From contig NC_088854.1 in the NCBI RefSeq assembly GCF_963853765.1, positions 806,001 through 870,000 on the forward strand: a stretch of DNA of 64,000 nucleotides. Reading direction: 5' to 3'. Shown in pieces: positions 25,401 through 37,133 of the stretch; positions within the stretch are counted from its first letter, which is position 1, and each line of letters begins with the position of its first letter. Below the pieces are notes generated by a model. It was not told where the DNA came from, did no database searches, and saw nothing but the letters and a program-made list of their open reading frames with translations. A program made the translations under genes and the position numbers. The stretch comes from Magallana gigas. Its lineage: Eukaryota.

Positions 25401-28400
25401 ATTAGCAATCAATTAACATTACTTTCTCTAGAGCGATGAGACTTTTATTTTTTCATTTCAGATTCTCGAAATGAGATGTTTGTTTGATGATTATTTCAGA
25501 TCAATTAGCAAACGAAAGACAAAACTTCAATTCTTTCAATTGAAAAAAAATGGCATTTCAATTTTTAATGTCAATACTTCGGTGTATACTAGTATATTAG
25601 TATATCCACTGTATAGAGAAAACAGGGTCAAATCCCCTCCCAGAAAGTACACTGTCAGATGTACTGTTATTTTTCATGGTGACACATTTCATTTTGTAGA
25701 TATCAATAAGTCTTTTCTTGAAGCTAGGTAAACTAGTTGGAGTTTGGACTGAAGAGGAGTCGCAGAGGGTAACCGCCTTGATTAAAAATATATCACAGGA
25801 ATAATAATGAAACATGTTACAACAAAGAAGACGGGAAAACATATCTGATTTCTATTAATTTACGGCAAGGGGTTAACAGGGATCAGACGTGTTTTTTTTT
25901 ATACTTCTAATAGTCTGTAAATATCTACTACACACGGGAAACGGAAAATTAACCTTGGAATAAATTCACAACAAATGTCAATGTCCTGGTGTTAAATATC
26001 ACAAAAACTCCGGATCTGTACATTTAGTCCGGGGAAAAAAGTGCAGGGCTAGTTATTATAACTTTGATTAAGAAAAAGTCGGTCCTAAAACCCCCTCCTA
26101 TCTTTTGCTACGTGCCTTTAGTCTGAAGATCTTTTGTAAGGTACTGTAGTCTGTAAGAAGAACTCCTCGGGCCTTCCGGCAGAGTTCGGAAAACACCTCC
26201 AATTAATACGCCCTCCATCTATAAATCGATGGGTAAAAAAATCTTCCTGCCTATCATATACTATAAAATTAATATTTTATAAAGTACAAGGATGACATTT
26301 TTTATAACATTGGTTAAGACGGAGAGCGCCCATAATCCCAAAAGTACGATGACAATATCACGTGACTCTGTATTTCAAGAAAACAAAGAACCAAAGAAAA
26401 ATACACGCATCCCTAAAAAACAAAACAAACAAACCTTGATAGAATATAGGCTTTGGGCAGGCTTTAAGCGATGAGGGGTCTCTAAAGAGTCGACAGTTTT
26501 GTTTTACATCATTTTATTTCATTCAGTCTTTTAAGAAGGATGGGTGTCTCTACATAGTACATTGTTTTGTTTTACAAGATGCCACTGTTTTGCAGGCTTT
26601 GGACGAGGAGAGATTCTCCGTACAGTAGATTGTTTTGTTTTACAAGATGCCACTGTTTAACAGGCTTTGGACGAGGAGAGGTCTATGTACAGTAGCTTGT
26701 TTAGTTTTACAAGATGACACTGTTTAACAGGCTTTGGACGAGGAGAGGTCTATGTACAGTAGCTTGTTTAGTTTTACAAGATGACACTGTTTTGCAGGCT
26801 TTGGACGAGGAGAGATTCTCCGTACAGTACATTGTTTAGTTTTACAAGATGCCACTGTTTTACATGCTTATTGGACGAGGAGAGGTCTCTCAATCTAATT
26901 AAAATTAGACGTTCTGAATCCGCTACCGCTTCTCAAACGTTTGAAAAGCGGTAGCGGATTCAGAACGTCTAATTTTAATTAGATTGAGAGGTCTCTGTAC
27001 AGTAAATTGTTTTGTTTTACAAGATACCACTGTTTTACAGGCTTTGGACGAGGAGAGGTCTATGTACAGTAGATTGTTTTGTATATTACAAGATGCCACT
27101 GTTTTACAGGCTTTGGACGAGGAGAGATTCTCTGTACAGTAGACTGTTTTGTTTTACAAGATGATACTGTTTTACAGGCTTTGGACGAGGAGAGATTCTC
27201 CGTACAGTAGACTGTTTTGTTTTACAAGATGCCACTGTTTTACAGGCTTATTGGACGATGAGAGGTCTCTGTACAGTAGATTGTTTTGTTTTACAAGATG
27301 CCACTGTTTTACAGGCTTTGGACGACGAGAGATTCTCTGTACAGTAGATTGTTTTGTTTTACAAGATGCCACTATTTTACAGGCTTTGGACGAGGAGAGG
27401 TCTCTGTACAAAAGTTCCAGCAGACTGACAACGCCCCTCCCCACAGACACGCCCTCCTCTTATGGGAGTCTGTTTTCCCAGATCCAGGAGAACTCCTCGG
27501 ATTGTGAGGGACTCTACGACTTCATCTCTCGGACTTACCGAGTCCTCTATGGCAGCAGTAAGACACAGAGCTAGTCGGTGACATCAGAGCTACTGTGGTG
27601 TATTAATACCGACACACTCAGATTCCAACCATTGAACTATAACTCAAGTGTTACTATCATACAGATGTGAATATCCGTTATATATTTTAAACATATAAAA
27701 CATGAGATTTGATATCGTGCAAATGTAAACCCTAATAAATGTATAAGATACACACAACTCACATATCTTGATACTAAGCAGACATAAATATCCGTAATGA
27801 TAACGTAGAACCTACGCTTTGATAGTATACAAATGTAGTCCTTTTATGTGTATTCCAGACTTAAAATTCGGATTTTGAAAAAATGTACAAAAAACAACAC
27901 CCCCCCCCCCCAAAAAAAAAAACAACAAACAAACCCAAAACAAAACCCACTTCTCAATTACTTGCAACGAAGTAAGATCTAAACACCTTACAGGTTTTAT
28001 ATGAGTTCGTTTGTGATTAGGTAAGGCTTTGTGACCTCATCTGCATGATATCATGTTAATATCTGGGAAAGATATATTGACATCAGATCTAAACCTCTGA
28101 GACTGACAATATGTGCAATATTTGATACCAGTATCAGAAATACATATAAACCTCTTTGACAGGCATATATATATACCATTACACGCAAACCAATATTAGA
28201 TGTAAATCTCTCTGATTGATATCTAATATTTTGACACAATAACCATACAGCATTGTCACAAATATCGGCATCTGAAATGTATATTGATATCAGATATCAA
28301 CCCGTGATGACGTAAGATGATATCATACAGAAATATCTTTATAAGTTATATAAATTTCTTTTTATCTATTTTCAAGTTCTGAGCACCGGGATCCTGCTAC

Positions 28401-30223
28401 TGCTGTTGGCTATGCCAGTGTCAATGTTAGCAGTGGGTGAGTTAAACATCGTATACATAACCATATAAAAGTGTTTGATATACTTTTATGTTAAGTACTG
28501 AAATCTGATTGGTTTAGACGCAGTTGGTAATCCGTTCTATTACCCTCAGCGTTAGCAACACACTTGGCACAGGTAACACAACGAATTGTTACGTGCGCAC
28601 GGTTCGTTGTAAATTCATGTCAACAAATATAAAAGCAGTAAAGTTTTCTTTAAAATTAAGACAGTTTGTACAATAAAATAAATAATGCCTGTTTGGGAGA
28701 GCAACAGTTGAAATTGACACCCTTCGGAAACCAGTGTCAAGCAATATATATGCCTGAAGGTCCAACAAACCATATGTTGCAACCAAACCTAACAACTGTT
28801 AACTATGGATAAATTTATATTTTCTAGTAGTAACCAGTATATAAATAGTGCCTGTTTGGGAGGGTAACAGTTGAAATTGACACCCCGAGGAAACCATTGT
28901 CAACCGACGCGAAGCGGAGGTTGATAATGGTTTTTTCGGGGTGTCATTTTCAACTGTTATCCTCCCAAACAGGCACTATTTATTCTATTATACTGAATGT
29001 CTTAATTTTAGAGAATTTTTATATTGCTTTTATATAGAAATGACGTGAATTCTACGGCGAACCGTACGCGCATAATTTCTGAGCATGTAACAATTCGTTG
29101 TGTTACCCGTTGCTGAGTGCGTTGCTAGCGCTGAGGGTAATAGAACGGATTATCAACTGCGTCTAAACCAATCAGATTTCAGTATCTAACATGAAAGTAT
29201 AATAATAGTTCATGTCGCACGGTCGTTCGACAATTTCCATTCCACCGAGATCGCACGAATTGATAGTTTTGATAATGGACCGACAGACCTGTCACCCTCG
29301 AAATTGTTGGACCGGTTGCATTAACATTCATTTTGTGGGCAAGAGCTATATAAAAAATTTAAGGGATATGAAATAATTTTAGCATTAGTAGGTGACCAAA
29401 TACGATTGGGGTGATCAAATGCAATAAATAATAGATTTTATCAATCCCGACCGTATTTGAAGCATATTGAAAGATTTGAAAGATGGGGGCTAGACTTAAC
29501 AAAAATCTTGACAAGCACCCCCCCCCCCCCCCGTCCCGTTGCCTATGATGAATCATCAATGCATCAGATAATTGTAAAGTTTATAGCAAGAATGTCATTA
29601 TGTGTGCAAACATATTTGGAATTAGAATGTACACTGTCTATTTATGGTTATTCGTAATACACTTGACAATTTTTTCAAGTTCATTCGCTAACAAAATTTT
29701 AATTTAAACATGCTTTTGAATCACAGTTTACGAGACCCGATTCTCTGTATGCACAATAAATCTAATTTGGTCCTCTCTCCTGTTAGGGTCCACTTACCGC
29801 AGCGACTGCCCCCTGGAGCCCAGGGTCCCTATATACCTGCTGGTGGGAGGGAGCTTTGGTCTCATCAAGGTATTCCTGATGTTGTGGAACCAAAAGAAAC
29901 ATAGCAACGACGCATGCGTGGATGACGATGACGACGGAGAGACTGATGACGCAGTGGTGCGCAGAACAACAAAGTTCACAGAGTTCATTCTGAGTGTGTT
30001 TCTGTCCGTGTGGTTCATCATGGGAAACCTCTGGTTTTATAAAATATGGAAACCGAACTTTGAACAGCCATTGCACGAACCTAGCAACTGGTGTCACATG
30101 ACAGTGTTTCGGTACACGTTCTATCATTTAGTCACGTGTTACGGTCTAATTGCATTGGTTGTCATAACAACGAGCTGTTTCATCATCTATTATTGTTGTA
30201 AAAACTACCATTACCTCAAATGA
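22490..30223 (+). CDS. TMEM272-like multi-pass membrane protein, about 286 aa
   Basis: Well-supported exons 27383-27557, 28377-28436 and 29787-30223 join in phase: PSSYGSLF..LYGS-ILSTGILLLLLAMPVSMLAVG-STYRSDCPLEPRVPIYLLVGGSFGLIK..FLSVWFIMGNLWFY..WC..TVFRYTF. This is typical of invertebrate TMEM272-like proteins. The first exon 22490-22678 (ATG to a phase-0 GTGAGT donor, GC-rich) is tentative. Confidence 0.75.
23198..23700. mobile_element. TA-flanked Tc1/mariner-type MITE (degenerate)
   Basis: TA|CAACAAAACTCG...CAGAGTTTTG|TA with internal TTCGTTATA repeats. It resembles the elements at 33584 and 57790. Confidence 0.6.
24165..24860. repeat. Degenerate minisatellite array of about 30-40-bp units
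   Basis: Recurrent TGTGTAGACAGATCCAAGACAA core with an A-rich spacer. Confidence 0.85.
26557..27410 (+). repeat. About 68-bp x 11 tandem array of intron 3' end plus exon start of the TMEM272-like gene
   Basis: Unit ...TTGTTTTGTTTTACAAGATGCCACTGTTTTACAG|GCTTTGGACGAGGAGAGGTCTCTGTAC.... Exon-start copies lie at about 26596, 26664, 26731, 26798, 26866 (AG mutated), 27041, 27110, 27178, 27246, 27315 and 27383 (the true exon). Confidence 0.92.
26891..26986. mobile_element. 96-bp spacerless palindromic MITE with target-site duplication
   Basis: 48-bp arms with one mismatch, centred at 26938/26939, and flanked by direct AGAGGTCTCT (26881-26890 and 26987-26996). Neighbouring array units show the empty site. 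Confidence 0.9.
28480..29200. mobile_element. About 720-bp foldback element in TMEM272-like intron
   Basis: Long imperfect inverted arms (for example AAATCTGATTGGTTTAGACGCAGTTG / CAACTGCGTCTAAACCAATCAGATTT) centred on GA-CGC-GAA-GCG-GA (28906-28918). The left arm has an internal duplication. Confidence 0.85.
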
Positions 30224-31011
30224 GTCCCAATATTAAATAAATTTCTTTTTTTTCCCCTGATGTAGTTCTGTTTGACTCATACATCTGTCATTAATTAGCT
30301 ATATGATATTGTAAAGAAAACCAAGTCCTATTTGAATGCTGGCTTGCCTTACAAATGGTGCAAAGTCCTTATTTTTGTATACTTGAGCTCTGTTGATAAT
30401 AAAATGAGGTATATATATGCAGACATTTTCTGAATGTTATTGACAGACAAAATAAATTACCTTCACGTTATTGGTCTTCAAAATTTATTTTCTAAAAAAC
30501 ACCTTTAATTTGATCATGTGACAAACCTACTGTTTGTGGAGTTATGTTCACATATTGACATAATCATGATAATACTAAAACTTCAAGGATTGTCTTTATT
30601 TTGTAATTACAAACAAAATGGATCACTCACTTGTCAACAGTTTGTACCTTGTACTCATGAAAAGTTATAACAATCATGATTTATATTTCCTATAACAAAG
30701 GATGATCTAAAGCAGACGCTTCAACACTACAGAATTAACAAATATATATACCGGTAAAACATGTCAAACACACTAAATACAATATATTAAATACTTGTAG
30801 AAAAAACCAACTCATATACAGTGTATATCTGGCTAATAAATGAAATTGTTACTGTTCTCAATCATGATATATTGAGGAATGACATCACCTCATTGATGAC
30901 TCAAATAGGAAAACTAATATACAAAACAAAAACCTGTTTCAAAGAATAAATGCTGCAGTGTAGCTACTTAGATTAAGTTGTATTCATATAGTATTAGGTT
31001 TGGCGGTATAG

Positions 31012-34000
31012 TTACTTAGGTTTTGGGAGGATATAGCCCTTGCACACCACAGGCCCCTCCTTGTGGAGCAGAAGCGCCGCCCATACACATGTCTGCACCT
31101 TTTTGCCTTTCCTTCCATGATGGGAGAATAGGTTTTTGTCCACGTCTTCGCCCTCTTTAGGAGCCACCAGTTCCATCGGCGGATCCTGCACATTCATGAA
31201 CCAGCAAAGCTCCACACACTTTTGGACGTAACTAATGACCCTCTGATCCTGTCGGACCTTATCGTCTTGTAACACTTTAGGAAGTCTTTCTTTGATGAAT
31301 ATCTTTAAAGATAGAATCATTTTTTCTTGGAAAAAAAAATATATGAATATTCATTACTTCAGTAATGAATTTTTAAGATATTTTTCTAACAAACAATATC
31401 TTCAAGTTGTAATAGAAACATTGACAGAATACACCCATGTACATGTAGTTTATGGCTTTATTAACACTAAAAAATACCCTGATATTTCACTGTTTATATA
31501 TCATTATATCTACCTGAGCCTGATATTTGACAGTCTCCGCTGATGCCGCCTTTCTGAGTTCTTTGGAATGTCTCTCCACTGTCTGGTCTAGTGCACCCTG
31601 GGAAGGCTTCTCCACTTTATTATCTCCAGCTTCGGGGGGACTTTGGTCGACCTCCATTTTCTCTTCCGAGTCAGATGTTTTGGTCTGCAAGGAATTTTAC
31701 TTGAAATGACTACTTAAGAATAAATTTAAGTCTCTAAACCTGATTAGATTCAAGCAATTGTTACAACAACATCGTCATTTGAGCTGTCAAACAGGGACAA
31801 TACCTTTCATTTTCAATATTTTAGAGGAAAATTAGCAACAATTAAGAAAAGACATTGAAAGTTATCTCATTTAACCAGAAGTATAAGTCCCTACCTGTGG
31901 TGTGTCCGCTGTGTTTTGTTTCAGGGCCTCTTTGATCTTGTTCTCCAGGTCCTGTAGTTGTTCACAGGACTTTTCTCTACAGAAGCTGAAGGCTTCCTAC
32001 AGACACATAGCACAGATCTAATATTTGGTCATTCTGAATCACTGAATTCATCTTTATTAAATAATTCATGCAATATGACTTTTCGTTTTTGTTTGTATCA
32101 AAGAAAATGCATGCAACTTTATTATTATTTAAAAGACTATTTGTAAGTACTACTGTGGTTTCGTTAGTACTTCATGTATTTATATACATCAATTTTTGTA
32201 GATTTAATAAAATTCACAATTTTGAGGATATGTAAAAAATGAGAAACACGGTCTTTGAAATTTTCAAATATTGTGCTTTGCTGAAAATTTGATGTCAAGG
32301 ATGAAATCAATGAGATCCACCAATTGATGTTTAACAAGAAGTATTCAGAATACCTTAGAATTTAACAAAAATGAAAATAATTTTTGAGAAAACTCTAGAA
32401 TAGTTGTATTCTGCAAACATCTGACTTTTTCATACATGTATTATATACTTGCCGTGACAAGGGTTTGTAGTATGGACAGAATATTTGGGTACAATTCGTC
32501 ATCATCGTCACCCTCTTTAGCTATGGTTGAATCTTTAAAGGCCTCAAATGCCTCTGACCACTCGTCATCAAACAGCTGACTGTACATCTCCCCCAGTCTT
32601 GTGGGGCGGTGGGTGTCACTCAGGTCTGCGATGTTTGGGTTTCCCTCCGTCAGCTGTTGACTCGCAAATTTACTCAGTCTGGGTAAGTATAAAAGATACA
32701 GTATATAAGGTCGTGATATGATTTTTATGAATTCAATGTCCATCAGTTGTTGGCTCGCAAATTTACTCAACCTTAAAAATAAATTGTGTTCAAATTTCTA
32801 ATCCAAGTCCAATGGTCTAAAACATAGACAGGCTCACTATTGATATGAATTTCACTTTTCCTATGTATCTTCCTTTTTAAAAAGGAGGAGAGAGACCAAG
32901 GTGAATTTTTCCAGGTTTTATGGCCACAGAGCCAGGCCAACTTTTTTTTCACACAGAGAGGGTTGATGCATGTAAAATGACATGAGATCTAATCTCAGTA
33001 AATTTTAAAACTAAACCACTCTCTTTTTAAATGACTTGCCTTGTAGAGAGTTCCTCTACTTCCTGGGTTTTCAACTGAAGCTCCGACTGCATCTCGTAAA
33101 ATTGTGTCTTCCGCACAACAACATATAAATTTTGGTCTGGACCCTGTAAATGAAGTAATCAAGGTGTATCAAGACACATACCGGTATAATGTTCTCTCTT
33201 GATTTACAGAATTTTGGTTATAGAAGGGTCTGGTTAGGAATGTAAATAACGACAAGTTTATTTGACCCTCATATTGAGATGTTATGAATTAAAAGATCAC
33301 ATATATTACCTGTTATCATTAAATTTTTAAAGCATTGGCTTTAAATTTGCGCTGATTTTGATACCTACTGGGGACTAGGGATGGATAGTTTACTTTTTAC
33401 AGAGTTCATTGAAAGTCAAAGCAAGGAAATGAATCAAAACACTTTAGCTCTCGCTACAGTTTACCCAACATATAATATAAAGATAGCATCAGCCAACAAT
33501 AAGTCATGTTTTTAGACTAAAAAAGGTGTCCAAATCACAAGTTGTCAGTTAATTTTTTTCCAATTTGTCAAATCAAATTTATACAGTAAAACTTGGTTAT
33601 AGCGAAGTCCTATGGACCATTGGAATCAGTTCGTTATATCTGTAATTCGTTATATCCGTATAACAAATTTGTAATAATGTCTACAGTGAATTCACTACAT
33701 ATATGTTTTCTTTCACCAGACTATAATTTTTGCTAATTGAAGCTTAAAATAAAAATACAATACTTTGATACCTTTAAAAAATCGGATTGTGAATTGAAAA
33801 AATTATATGAAAATAAATTCATTCAAACTATTTATGTTAAATTGTAGTGCAAACTTTTTAAACTGTGAAGAAATTCGCAAAAAAGGTGTTAAATTTTGTT
33901 ATTATTCACCTCTCAAAATCAGTTCGCTATATCCGTAAACTCGTTATATCCTAATTCGTTGTGACCGTAAAATTTTACAAAGATTTGTTAAGAATTTTAC

Positions 34001-37000
34001 CAGGAACTCAAAAAAACTTTGCTGTATCTGAGAATTCGCCCTAATGGCAATCATACTAAACGAGTTTTAGTGTACAATGTTCTGATGCTTACATTTGCCT
34101 TCCTTGCAAGCTCTAAGAGATTTTCTGCCATTAGTAGTGTTCCATATTCCCTCCAGATGTCGTTGTAGTGACCGTCAAATGTCTCCGGTTTGAGGTTTGT
34201 CAGGTATCTATACAGCGCCCTCTCTCTCACATCCTCTGGTACATCCTCTGCTTTATCAATGTTGACTGTCACATGTTGTAATACATTCTGTAAATTTGTA
34301 AAACATCCAATACGCATCAGTTTAAACATTACTTGCCTTGACAGCAGAGTATTATTGTCACTTTGACGGATTCAGTACCCTTGTCAAGTGAATTGACTAG
34401 AGCATTTGTAAATGTGGTTTATGACTGAATACACACTGGGTGTTTGTATCACATTAAGGTTACTGTTACTGAGTTCTAAAAGAACTCAAAGTATGAGAGA
34501 CGTAGCTGATTCTAACTCACAGCGTGCGGGAATGAGCTCCTGAGTACAGCCTGACAGGTAAACATGTGGACAAAATCCTGATGAGCCTCCTCAAACTCAT
34601 CCACGTCTTTGTGTTCATCCTTATCCAACAACTCAAGCAGTGTCAGAGTTTGTTTCTACAGAGAAATGAATTAAAGTATTTTATTATAGAGTGTCTAGTT
34701 GAAACATTTTAAAAATATCAACAAAAACAACGATGTAGCTTACCTGTTCTTCATTCTCTTTTGGGGGTTGTTCATCTGCCTTCACTGTATTTGCGGGATC
34801 TATGGGGGCTTGCTCGGGACAGGTTTGTTGGCTGCCATCTACTGTATTCTGTAATGTTGTGTTATGACTATATCATTATCTCTTTGAATTTAAAAATCTT
34901 TATACTGCTGATTTACATCTTTACATTTTGATTACAGGAAATCTCTATGTAAATTAAGAATTTCCTGTCACAGGTTGCAACATTGAAGTTCGAAGATTTA
35001 CCAACATCCCTAGAGAAGATTGATGATGTAATAGATGTCATTCTAACAGTATAGATGATGAAACTCATTTTTGATTACATGTGAAAAGTATGATCACCAA
35101 AGAAAAGAAATATTTCAGTTAATTAAAAGCAAATTTCCAAAATTTTCAACTTTAGATAGTGATCAGAAACTTTTTTGGTTACTCAATATTGAAGACAAGG
35201 AAATTCTTAACCTTGTTGGCAAATTTATCAGTTATAACATGCTATAGTACTCCTTTTTAGTGAAATATTGTTTATTGTCATTTGCTATAATTGTTATACT
35301 TTAATAATTTTACACTATTTTTTGGCATGTCTTTCTCTTGTAATTATAATATGTCATGTACTTGTCTGTTCTGAACTAGAAATAAATGATCTGTATCTGT
35401 ATAAGACTATTATGTCTTATATGACATTTTATTATATACCTCTGTGTATATTTTCTATGTAAAATTACAAATAAACTTGCTATTCTATCTAACCGTGAGA
35501 TAGTTTCCATGCTATCTGCCCATGGTAAAAAGTCATTAAATCTATTCACTGGGAGCATTCGATTTCAGTCGTTTTAATCTCGGAACACTTCTGGTGTAAT
35601 CCACTTCACAAAGTTAAATTCAAAGCTGAATAACTCTAATTTGTTTACCATCAAGAAAGTTTTCTCAGTATAATAAAATACCTTTTTACTAACTCTTCGG
35701 ACGATAGCAATTTATTGCCCCCCTTGATATCAAATATTTCCCTCAGCTTCGCCTCTTGAAATAGTTGTGTCCCGGGGACCAATAAACTTGCTATCATCCT
35801 CATAGTCAGTAAATAGGTATGCAATAAAAGAAACAACTAATACTACTATATTAAAACAATAGACTCGATTTTTTAAGCTTTAATACTGAGAAATCGGATG
35901 AGTACTGTCTTTTGTTATATATATTTTAAACATTATTGGTACTTGAAGATTACCGATTCGTTTTTATTTTTCCTCAATCAAGCTTCGCTAATTAATAATA
36001 AAAGAAAATTCCTTTAAAAAATCCGGAAATCATCTGAATTTTGGGATTTTACAATCTTGCGCATGCGCATTACATTCACGCTGAATCACGGGAGGCTCTT
36101 TAGTTTATGTTTCCAAAATATGACATTCGTATGGATAAACTCAGAAATGATATTACAAATATGTGTAAATTTTCATTGAAAATTTGTCATATATATTTTA
36201 AAAAATCCTGAGAGTTCCGAATGTCAACATGGTGTGTAAATTCAAAGCGAGGAAAAAAGTTGGTCAAAAATGTTGAATTCTAATTAAATTGTTAGATGAA
36301 AGATATTTACAGCCTCACATTGGTTTTTTGTGAATAATTTGACTGTTATTTACAATGCAGCTTCATTAATTTTCTCCAAAATCGTTCCGGAGCGATTCTG
36401 CAATTTTTTGCTACATTAATACAGGTGTACATATCGGAGGCGTTTTAACTGTGGTGAAGGCCCGTCCCGAGATTTTTCAGTTAGATTTTTCTAACTAAGC
36501 AGATTGAATGAAATTAATAGCATTATTGTAGGCTTAAAGCTTGGTTATGTAAATGTCAACAATACAGCGTGTCGATGTATTTATTTCGTAAATGTCCGAT
36601 ATCATATGTTATATGCCAGCCCGTGCACGCAAGGGTCAAAGTTTAGTTGATTATAATAACTTCTTAAAACCTCATAATATCTGGTCATACAATACCTGTA
36701 AATTGTCATTTTGTGAATCCACATAGTCTGACCCCTACAACAAAATTAATCAACTTTTAAGTATTAACAAAGAAAAAAAAGAATTATATTTTTATAAAGA
36801 ATGTTGGGTTTTGGAAGAAAAACAAAGGAAAATAATCATTTCAAACACTTTGGCATAAGAATAAATAAGATGTCTAGCACTTTTCAAGTAAGTCTGAGAC
36901 AGAATATGTACACATTATGGTGTATATTTGAAAACTGACCTTGATATCTTGGGTTATATCAGGAGTTTTCTCCCCTCCTCCCTGTCCATCCAAAGTACTT

Positions 37001-37070
37001 TGACTTAATAAAACTTCTTGCTGTTTGAAATATATGAACAATGTTTAAGGAACAAAAAGTAAATAATATT

Positions 37071-37133
<63 letters not shown>

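Noticed and set aside
26557-27410. CRISPR-like array
   Set aside because: The context is eukaryotic, there are no unique spacers, and the units are whole-length copies of a splice junction.
34337-34440. A third GC-donor exon in the Mieap-like gene
   Set aside because: AAG|GCAAGT is present, but the required phase-0 frame has a TAA five codons upstream, and the flanking exons join directly without it.
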